Shown here: positions 48,379 to 58,431 of the stretch, in pieces
How the letters are laid out: the number at the start of each line of letters is the position of its first letter
How positions within the stretch are numbered: position 1 is the stretch's first letter
Assembly: GCA_002269645.1 (NCBI GenBank)
Contig: NIVC01002367.1
Coordinates: forward strand, 62,001 to 126,000
Length of the DNA stretch: 64,000 bases
Reading direction: 5' to 3'
Source: Macrostomum lignano
Taxonomy: Eukaryota
Made by a program: the position numbers and the translations under genes
The notes under the pieces: generated by a model
Database searches by the model: none
Told to the model about the DNA's origin: nothing
Seen by the model: only the letters and a program-made list of their open reading frames with translations

Positions 48379-48700
48379 TGATAGATACGGGCAGAAATAT
48401 TGAGATCGAGCGACATTCGATGCAAAATAGAACAGCTCTTCGGATAGAAATTATAAACTATAAAAAGTACTGATCGGTTAAAAAGTAGTCGATAGAGATT
48501 TGTACATTTCTATCGCAGACAATTCTGCGTAGAAAGAAACGAGATTTGCCATAAACAATTGTATTATGGAACCGGTTGCGACTAGACAAGGCAGATGATT
48601 TATAGCAATAGTCTGTTTCAATCAAGATAAATAATCGCATTAGACAACTATCTGTTAAAAATCGACATCATCAAGCAATCAATCAGTCAATCAACCAACC

Positions 48701-48720
48701 ATGTCCGAGTCCAACAAAGA

Positions 48721-48773
<53 letters not shown>

Positions 48774-49591
48774 GGCAGCAGCAACAGCAGCAACATCTGC
48801 AAGAGTCGCGCACTGCTGACCATCATCTAGTCTGGGCAGACGACATCACAGACGCTGATTTGGTGGCTGCGTGTGTATCTGTTGAAGAACAACAGCATAC
48901 AACGCAGCAAACACAGATGATGGCGTCTGTATCGTATGCCGGGACCAGACGCGCCGTGTCAGCGATGCATTCGGCAGGCATCGACTGGGCTGAACAGCTC
49001 GACGAAGCAATGCGCTGGTTAGACGGCGATTTGTATGCAGCAAACGCGATTGTGACCGACGTTGCTGCGACATCGATGCCGTCTAACTCGCGTAAGCGGC
49101 GTCATTCGTGCATCGGCCAAGCTATGGACGTCGATGCTGATGCCGATGTCGACACCCTGTTCGACTCAGATACGCTGGCAGAGTGCGACGCACTAGAAAC
49201 AGCTTATTATGCTTCTATGTGCAATGCCGCCAGTGACAACGTCGAACAGTCGCCGACTGATGCGACTACAGATCACGCAAATGCGGCCGCCGCTGATGAT
49301 ATGTACATATCAGACGCGGAACTTGTTGCCGTATGCGAAGAGGTCGAGGCGACTGTCCATCTGAGCGCCATCGATCAATGTGCACCACCGGACGAAGCGT
49401 TGGCTAGCCCAATTAGTCAAGTCGACCCGTCCGCGTCGCTGTACGACTCCGATGGCAATATGCTAGAGGAGTCCAGCTTTGCCGTTGATCGGCGGTCAGT
49501 CGCCTGCCAGGTAAACATGTGTCGACCTCGATGCAATCGCACCTGGACTCGACTGTACCGTAGATGGCGTTCTCGTCGATCCACCAACTAG
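48701..49591 (+). CDS. Acidic, polyQ-headed protein of unknown function with two D-rich helical motifs
   Basis: 296-codon ATG ORF with the same codon style as the YR and Rep genes; possible 1-nt indel near 49514. Confidence 0.6.
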
Positions 49592-49854
49592 ATAATTGGA
49601 TAGTTGGTTGGATTGATGGTCTCTCGATCCAGTACAGTCACACGCGCCTACTGTAGTCTGCTGCTGATCCTGACCGGGCCGTGAATCTGGTTGAATGATT
49701 GATTGATTGATTGATTGCTTGACTGTTTAATTATTAACTAACTATTTCATAATGTATGAACTTAAATATTAGATAAGTTTAACTTATTGAAGTTATATAA
49801 GTCAATATTAAGTCAATAAGTTATATAATTTTAACGACTATTATTGAGTTTAGT

Positions 49855-50084
49855 CCATGGAGGAAAGAATAGTATACTTTGATTGATGCGAGCTTCTACT
49901 ATGCTGAGGCATACCTTTTAGAGTGGAACGAAATGGGAAACGAGATGAAAAATACTTTGTCGATGGCAGTCACGAGCCAAACAGAAAAAACGTGAGGGGA
50001 CTGGATATTACGTAAAAGTGAAGATCGAGCGAGATAAAAATAACTGGCTTAGATTAGCAATCCACTCTATTATTTCCTCCATGG
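49855..50084. mobile_element. 230-bp MITE-like element with 18-bp TIRs (CCATGGAGGAAA[G/T]AATAG)
   Basis: TIRs 49855-49872 and 50067-50084 match at 17/18. A related partial copy lies inverted at 28822-28953. Confidence 0.6.
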
Positions 50085-50320
50085 TTCAGTCTATCAGTGT
50101 TAGTGATTTCATAACATTAGATATTGATTGTTGACGTTGTTTATGCATTACATATGTAAATATGAATATCGTTTTCTGTTTTACATTAGATGGTTGGAAT
50201 GATTCGTCTCTATGAGGAAAATGAAGATTAAAAGAATGAATGAGAATGAGATTGACAATTATAATGCGACTGAGACTGCTTGAGAGTGCAACATATTGAA
50301 AGTGATTATGGGAGACTATA

Positions 50321-50900
50321 CCAGTCTGGTCACATCACCATTCAACTGGGTCACATCACCAGTCAGTCGGGTCACATCACCAGTCAACTCGGTCACATCA
50401 CCAGTCAGTCGGGTCACATCACCAGTCAACTCGGTCACATCACCAGTCAGTCGGGTCACATCACCAGTCAACTCGGTCACATCACCAGTCAGTCGGGTCA
50501 CATCACCGGTCAACTCGGTCACATCACTAATCAGTCGGGTCACATCACCAATCAACTCGGTCACATCACCAGTCAACTCGGTCACATCACAAGTCAACTC
50601 GGTCACATCACCAGTCAGTCGGGTCACATCACCAGTCAACTCGGTCACATCACCAGTCAGTCGGGTCACATCACCAGTCAACATGGTCACATCACCAGTC
50701 AGTCAGGTCACATCACCAGTCAACTCGGTCACATCACCAGTCAGTCGGGTCACATCACCAGTCAGTCGGGTCACATCACCAGTCAACTCGGTCACATCAC
50801 CAGTCAGTCGGGTCACATCACCAATTAACTCGGTCACATCACTAGTCAATGCAGTCACATCACCAGTCACCACAGTCACATCACCAGTCACCAATCATCA
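50321..50900. repeat. 21-bp satellite, same family and orientation as 42088-43578
   Basis: Direct reading. Confidence 0.96.
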
Positions 50901-52476
50901 CCAGTGGTATGGATTCTTTACAACTGTTATTATAAACAGGCATATATTTATATACTCACTTGTTCAATTGGTCAAGTTGTTGCCAATTATCCATGATTAT
51001 TAGATGTTGGATTAGTTGTAACTCTTATAATAAATAGTCGATCTGTTGGCTGTGGCTGGAATTCAAATTTAACTAAAGGTTAATTAATAATACAATCACT
51101 TCTTTTGTGTCTGTCTGTCTGTCTGACACATTTAATTCATTGAGGGTCAGAGAGATAGATAGTGAGAAGGTTGGCCAATAGAACGTTGTGGTAGCCTAGC
51201 CCGTCTATATAGTATGGAATTGGATGGGAGAGCAACGTGTTTGTACACGGACGGACGGACGGACAGACAGACAGACAGACAGACAGCGAATAACCGACCG
51301 CACATCGTTGTCTTGTGCGTACAACGGACCGTTGTGCGTTCATCGTTTGATATCAAATTGGTTTGCTAGCTAATTAGACAGGCTAAAAGATCGCGTGCGT
51401 GGAAGTTTAGTGGTTTCGATCGATCAATGAAAGTACAGTGTTGGGTGGTGGGGCCAAGCGAAGCGAGCGAGAGGATTGGGGGGGGTGGGGAGGTTGGGGC
51501 TTTTGGGGGCAGAGTGGCGAGCGATGGAAGAGGGGGTAAGCGACCGCGGAGTCGAGGTTTGGTGTGTGTTTTGAAAGTACAGGGAATTCATTGTGACTGG
51601 AAAAAAAGACGAAGTAATTTAATTAGACGTTGGATTTGAAAGTTGAAATAGACATAGAATGAAGAATAAAATGTGAAAGCGCCAATTTTAAATATTTCAA
51701 TAAACAGATGAATGAATCCAATACGCGTCAATGTACCAACCAAGTATAAATCACTTGGCGCACTATACTCATTCCAGTTCATTCACAAGTTCAATCACAG
51801 TTTATCATAATCCAAGATTCCAGAAACAATCAAACGAATCGGACAGACTGGGCGAATGCGCAAAATGATCAAAACTCACAAGCAAGAGAATATAGCTAGT
51901 TATAACTAACTTTGCTTAACCATAGATTGAATGAATGAATGAATGAATGCAGAATTGGCTTCGATTGATGCTCGCGAGCGCGCATTTTATCAGTTAGCAG
52001 GCTACCCCCACGCTTTCTATTTCGATACTAAACGAGCTAAATATAAACGGGGGATGACCCTAGACAGTATACAATTGACCTTGTCATCGGCCAATACAGA
52101 GCAGCGAAAACCAACCCCCATAATAGAAGCCAATAGAGGCGTAAAATTGATGCTAAAATTGGCGAGTATGGTATATCCTAGGGTCTTTGCTTTTTAGGAA
52201 CAAAAAAGTTATGACAATCAATTTCCTAGGCAAGTCAGTATCAGTCTCAATTAAAGTTGACAATATGGTTACGCAATCTAAATCAAGTTTGGTGCTACGC
52301 TTCCACACTGCATTTACAATACTGTGACGCAATTCAAGTTGGAGTTACAATTCAGTTATGAAGGAAATCTATCGCATAGCTACAGACAACTCATTTTTAG
52401 TATAGTTGGTTGGATTGAGCCATTTTTTCCTAAATCTATCGCATAGCTACAGAGAACTCATTTTTAGTATATAGGA

Positions 52477-54047
52477 CTAGCAATCTTCGCCCCCCGATGG
52501 GGGACAGCAAGCATCCCTAGACAGCACTCAGGCATCAATCCCCAAATAGCAAGCATCCCCCAGACTACAAGCATCCTCCAGATAGCAAGCATCCCCCCGA
52601 TAGCAAGCAACCCCAGATAGCAAGCATCCCCCGATAGAAAGCAACCCCAGATAGCAAGCATCCCCCAGATAGCAAGCACCCCCCAGATAGAAAGCATCCC
52701 CCTGATAGCAAGCATCCCCAAATAGCAAGCATTCACCAGACAATAAGTAGCTAGTGCAACAATTTCCTTAGCTTTATAGTGGCTCTTTAAAATTGGCATG
52801 ACGCTTACTTTTACGTTTGTAATTGTGCATCTTTTATGTTTGACATGGTGGCTCTTTAATGTTTGACATAGTGGCTCTTCTATGTTTGACATTGTGGCTC
52901 TTTATTGTTCGACAAAGTCACCGGCTCTTTTATGTTTAAAATTGTAGCTCTTTTATGTTCGAAATGGTGGCTCTTTGATGTTCGAAATGGTGGCTCTTTT
53001 ATGATTGACATGGTGGCTCTTTAATGTTTGACATGGTGGCTCTTTTATGTTTGATACAGTGGCTTCTTAATGTCTGACATGGTGGCTCTTTTTATGTTTG
53101 ACATGGTGGCTCTTTAAAGTTCGACAAAGTGGCTTTAATGTTAGACATGGTGGCTCTTTAATGTTTGACTTGTGGCTCTTTAATGTTCAAAATGGTGGCT
53201 CTTTAATGTTCGAAATGGTGGCTCTTTTATGTTTGATACGGTGGCTGTTTAATGTCTGACATGGTAGCTTTTTTATGTTTGACATGGTGGCTCTTTAATG
53301 TTTGACATGGTGGCTCTTTTATGTTTGATACAGTGGCTTCTTAATGTCTGACATGGTGGCTCTTTTTATGTTTGACATGGTGGCTCTTTAAAGTTCGACA
53401 AAGTGGCTTTAATGTTAGACATGGTGGCTCTTTAATGTTTGACTTGTGGCTCTTTAATGTTCAAAATGGTGGCTCTTTAATGTTCGAAATGGTGGCTCTT
53501 TTATGTTTGATACGGTGGCTGTTTAATGTCTGACATGGTAGCTTTTTTATGTTTGACATGGTGGCTCTTTAATGTTTGACATGGTGGCTCTTTTATGTTT
53601 GATACAGAGGCTTCTTAATGTCTGACATGGTGGCTCTTTTTATGTTTGACATGGTGGCTCTTTAAAGTTCGACAAAGTGGCTTTAATGTTAGACATGGTG
53701 GCTCTTTAATGTTTGACTTGTGGCTCTTTAATGTTCAAAATGGTGGCTCTTTAATGTTCGAAATGGTGGCTCTTTTATGTTTGATACGGTGGCTGTTTAA
53801 TGTCTGACATGGTAGCTTTTTTATGTTTGACATGGTGGCTCTTTTATGTTAGACATGGTGGCTCTTTTATGTTAGACATGGTGGCTCTTTTAGGTTTGAC
53901 ATGGTTGCTCTTTACTGTTTGACATGGTGGCTCTTTACTGTTTGACATGGTGGCTCTTTACTGTTTGGCATGTTAGCTCTTTAATGTTCGACATTTGGTT
54001 TTTTTATGTTTGACATGGTGGCTCTTTTATGTTTGACATGGTGGCTC
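52477..54047 (-). mobile_element. Non-autonomous Helitron unit (3' hairpin + CTAG at 52477) with ~17-bp GCAAGCATCCCC repeats and 21-bp satellite (274-bp higher-order repeat x3)
   Basis: CTAG 52477-52480 and hairpin CCCCCC-GAT-GGGGG; homologous to 13261-14580. GATACAG variant at 53053, 53327 and 53601. Confidence 0.8.
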
Positions 54048-54057
54048 AAGTTAGCAA

Positions 54058-55864
54058 TGTCGCGACTTTCCTAGTCATTTCTTTAGTTCACCTTCAGTTG
54101 TCTCTGTTTACTCTGTTTTCTCTCTTCTCTGTCCAGCTCAATCTTGTTATTCTTATCTCTCTCTCTCCCTTGCTGCCTTCTGATTGGTTCTCCATTCTCG
54201 CCTCTCTATTTAGTCGCGCACTCCACCCCTCTCTTTATTATTTGCAATTCAAACCCCCTAAGTTAATGTCTGGTATAAATATACTTGTTTGGGCCCTGCG
54301 CCCACTTACTGGCTTATCTTAGATTCAATTTAACTCCAAAATAACTACATGGCGCCCAATGTAAAATAATTTAGTCATTATAAGTCAATTCAGTTAGGCT
54401 GGCAAAGGCCATGCCATCGTCGTAGCCCTCCACCAGTCTCCTCGTCTCATCGTTCGTCGACTGCGCCCTCCCATCTCGTCAACTGTCGGCCGGAGCAGTC
54501 TCATCCCATCTCATCTCGTCTCGACTGTCTGCCGGTGCTCCTTCATCTACATGTAGTCGTCGCTCAGCGTCTGCCGGGGGTGCGTCCTGCGGTGTCCTCG
54601 GTCTCTCTCGGTTTCAAATTCTCGGCCGGGGCGCCTCAGGGCTCGCCTGCCGGATCGTCTCGACTCTCTTCGCTCATCGTCTGCCGGGGGTGCGTCCTGC
54701 GGTGTCCTCGGTCTCTCTCGGTTTCAAATTCTCGGCCGGGGCGCCTCAGGGCTCGCCTGCCGGATCGTCTCGACTCTCTTCGCTCATCGTCTGCCGGGGG
54801 TGCGTCCTGCGGTGTCCTCGGTCTCTCTCGGTTTCAAATTCTCGGCCGTGGCGCTTCAGGGCTCGCCTGCCGGATCGTCTCTTCGCTCATCGCCTGCCGG
54901 ATCGCCTCGTTAATTCGTCATTTAATTTTTTCTTTCACAATGTAAAAAAATTATATTAATTTTTTAGGGGGGAGGGTAAATGTAGTCAGTTTTCTTTTGG
55001 TTGTAATAATTTATTCATTAAAATCGCACACGTGAAATTTCTTGTTCAAATTTGCATTCACTCTAGTCTCCACAGGTTTTGTATTGAAATTCTTAGTCGT
55101 ATTTGTGCACCATTGTTAAATTTGCTTTTAAAGTTGTTTTTTGAACTCTAATTCATAATTCTATTGGTACTCGAAAATTCAAAAAATTCAAAAAATGTTC
55201 CATTTTTTGGGGGGAGTGTCGCGACTTTCCTAGTCATTTCTTAGTTCACCTTCAATTGTCTCTGTTTACTCCGTTTTCTCTCTCTCTGTCTAGCTCAATC
55301 TTGTTATTCTTATCTCTCTCTCCCTTGCTGCGTTCTGATTGGCTCTCCGTTCTCGCCTCTTTCCTCAGTCGCGCACTCCACCCCCTCTCTTTATTATTCT
55401 GGGCTCAACCCCCCAAAGTTAAATGTTCTATAAATATATCGGTTTGGGCCCTGCGCCCACTTACTGCTCTTCCTGCTCTTCCTGCTCTTCCTGCTCCTCC
55501 TGCTCCTTCAATTTAACTCCAATTAAATAGTCTTTAGTTTAGTATTTTTTCTACATGTTCTACAGTCGTAAATGTCGCGACTTTCCTAGTCATTTCTTTA
55601 GTTCACCTTCAGTTGTCTCTGTTTACTCTGTTTTCTCTCTTCTCTGTCCAGCTCAATCTTGTTATTCTTATCTCTCTCTCTCCCTTGCTGCGTTCTGATT
55701 GGCTCTCCATTCTCGCCTCTCTATTTAGTCGCGCACTCCACCCCTCTCTTTATTATCTGCAATTCAAACCCCCTAAGTTAATGTCTGGTATAAATATACT
55801 TGTTTGGTCCCTGCGCCCACTTACTGGCTTATCTTAGATTCAATTTAACTCCAAAATAACTACA
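54058..55864 (+). mobile_element. Second copy of the non-coding LTR element with three LTRs (54058-54349, 55217-55555, 55573-55864), Lys PBS 54350-54362, PPT ~55209-55216, TSD AGCAA
   Basis: All three LTRs are TGTCGCGAC...CTACA. AGCAA at 54053-54057 and 55865-55869. Three 110-bp units of the internal repeat at 54569, 54679 and 54789. Confidence 0.9.
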
Positions 55865-56903
55865 AGCAAAAGCTCAAGAAGTTAAAGCTTAGTCTATGGC
55901 CATAGACATATTATTATTTCTCGAGTGCTCACGGTGAGAAATATTTATTTATTTTTAGCTCATAGCATCCAAGCTACAATAAGTTGAAGTTTAGTCTATG
56001 GCCATAGACATATTGAGCTCTCACTGCAAGAAAAATACACTAATTAGATAGGGAGAATACAGTTTTTGAATATTTAATCACCTTAGCAATGAGCTAGAGC
56101 TCATTAAAATAGCCTAAAGCCATCCTCGGAAAATTTGCACTTTTCCCATATAACTCTAGGCATACTATATAAATTGTTTCTTGATAGCCCGTCCTTAAAT
56201 TTAATTATGAATGTAGATTATAGAATATTTACTAACAAAACAAATGTCAAAATGGGTATATACCTTGTATATACATACAGAAACAAATGCTGGCCAAACT
56301 AGCTAATTTAGCCATTGTAAATTGTAGTACACCATGGATAAATTTCAGAATGAAGTTTAGCAAAAAACGAAAAAGCCAAAAGCAAGAAAGGTAAGAGCAA
56401 AATAAAAGATAAAAGTGGCATTAAGAAATTAACATGATAAAGTACAACAAAGTGAGAAGCAAAAATAGAAAATACATTATAAAAGAAGCAAACTAAGCAG
56501 CATACGAGATTTTGTAAGTTGCAAAAAGCAAACAAAGTCATAAAATGAAGCTGCATTTTTATTAAAACTAAGTAAGATAGCCTGTGAATTGTTAGAGATT
56601 GCACATGTATGCTTGTATAGGTTTATGCTTAGGCCTATATATGCTTACTAATATGCCTCATTTGATAAAATGATGCCATACTAAACAACACTACACTACA
56701 CTACGCCAGTATAGCGTATGTCCAAACCGTTTTTGTGCAAGCATTTTCTATAAAGAAAGCCATCTTTTTGACTATGGAGTGGGATTATTGAATTATATGT
56801 ACTTGATAAACAAATGATTATTGCACTTGATATGCAAAGAGTTTATAGCCTCCATTCAGCTCGGAGCTAATCAAACATGAGTAAACTGCTACTATTGCTG
56901 ATG

Positions 56904-57740
56904 TTAGCATTCCCTTCTCGGTCGGTCGGTGAGGTCAGAATTGACGGACTGGTCCATCGCGTGTGTTTCCTCAGTCTCCTCAGCCTGCTGGCTGCAGCTG
57001 CTCAGCCTATCCAGGCAGTCAGTCAGTCGGGCAAATTCGGCTAAATCCGCATAGTATCGTCGGATAGTTTCGTCGTGCGCAGATCTCAGTTTGCGCACAA
57101 CAACGTGCGCCTGCCTGCCCGACCCGTCAGCGTCGGCAATAGCAAATCTGCCAGCAACGTCATTGACTTGTTGGGCAAAATTTTTAGCCTCAGTTTTTGC
57201 GCCAAACTGAACTTCGTAGGGCTCAGATTCCCCACTGCGCAGGTAGGCTACAACATTCTTCAGGCAGGGTTTATTGTCCGGCGGCTCGGCGATCCACGGC
57301 TGATTCCAGCGGAATTCCGGCTCGCCAACGCGGCAGGAATTGGCTGCCTCGAGCTGGCGCCAGCGCAGCTCTAAGAGTCTGCGGCAGGCCCGACTGTCGG
57401 TCTGAAAGCCGTTGAGCAGCACCCGCTCAGCTAGGTCACGAAGCAGATTAGAATAGGCCAGCTGAAGATGCTGGCGCTCCTCAGTAGTAGTAGTAGTAGT
57501 AGTAGTAGTGTCGCGGCTGGCTGTGTCCGGCCGCGACACCTGCTGGCCTAGGGAATCGATTAGGCGATGAAATCGCTGCCAAAGCTCGTCGGATTGGACG
57601 GCGTGAAGGAAATCCACGAGTTCGATCAGATTCTCATTAGCGAATGAGCGCTGGCTAAGGTAGGGCCATTTGTCCTGGGACATTGTCAGGCGGAACTCGC
57701 CTCGGCGGTAACGGTTCTCCGCTGACTGCAGCAGATAATG
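56904..57740 (-). CDS. Large coding exon of an unidentified (probably host) gene
   Basis: 259-codon ORF whose frame stays open upstream (DGHYLLQSAENRYRRGEFRLT) to a possible acceptor near 57750. No recognisable domain. Confidence 0.5.
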   Translation of the reverse strand, partial: HYLLQSAENRYRRGEFRLTMSQDKWPYLSQRSFANENLIELVDFLHAVQSDELWQRFHRLIDSLGQQVSRPDTASRDTTTTTTTTTEERQHLQLAYSNLLRDLAERVLLNGFQTDSRACRRLLELRWRQLEAANSCRVGEPEFRWNQPWIAEPPDNKPCLKNVVAYLRSGESEPYEVQFGAKTEAKNFAQQVNDVAGRFAIADADGSGRQAHVVVRKLRSAHDETIRRYYADLAEFARLTDCLDRLSSCSQQAEETEETHAMDQSVNSDLTDRPRREC

Positions 57741-57789
57741 ACCATCCTTTCCTTATATGCCAAGTTGTTTTGTTTAATGTAGCAATTTT

Positions 57790-57983
57790 ACTGTGGTAAA
57801 GTAGCGCGTCTGAGAAAAAGTAGAATTAAGAAGGTGAGCGCTATCATTTTTATGCGACATGTTTCGCCTCGCGTCAGGCATCGTCAGGCTCTTCAAATTA
57901 GTAACGATTTATTTGTTCATTAATATTTAACAATATTGTTAAATATGATAGCGCTCAAAAAAAATGATAGCGCTCACCTTAAT
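57790..57983 (-). mobile_element. Short Penelope-like remnant with a 12-bp TSD and an inverted terminal segment
   Basis: TGTAGCAATTTT at 57778-57789 and 57984-57995; 21-bp inverted repeat 57831-57851 / 57960-57980; contains a hammerhead core. Confidence 0.6.
57852..57892 (-). ncRNA. Minimal type I hammerhead ribozyme motif
   Basis: Minus strand CTGACGA-T-GCCT-gacgcg-AGGC-GAAA-CATGTC: conserved core, 4-bp stem II, palindromic ACATGT stem III and GUC site. Stem I is weak. Confidence 0.7.
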
Positions 57984-58431
57984 TGTAGCAATTTTGTTTC
58001 CATAAGACACAAATGCAAAGACTGCATTTGTACAAATTCCGTATATCACCAGAACCCTTATGTTTGAGATCTTGATAGGAGCTAACATAAGTCAGGTGCA
58101 AATCTCATTTACTCTGAGTGTAATAACACTATGATAGCCTCTTGATTGATAAGCCAATGATTACTGTATTTGATAAGCTTAAGTTGATAAGTATTTGATA
58201 AGTTCGAATAAAGAATAAAGCATTTATAAAAATGCAATAGTTAAGTTTCAAAACAGAAAAGCAAATGAGTTGTTCAGATTCAAACCTCATTTACTCTTGA
58301 TGTAGTAACACCAGGATAGCCCATCAGTTGATAAGCAAATTTAGGTTTTTACATTCAAGAAGAAAAATGTTAGTTAATAAAAATGAATTAGTAATTTTTA
58401 ACTTTAACACTCTCAACAATTATTAAGGAGT

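Noticed and set aside
51943-52197. 84-aa ATG ORF near a CCATAGAT variant
   Set aside because: Short, with no motif or homolog in the window; cannot be supported as a gene.
57700-57740. DGHYLLQS...GEFRLT as an SH2-like start
   Set aside because: Resemblance is too short and the FLVRES-type Arg is absent; left unassigned.
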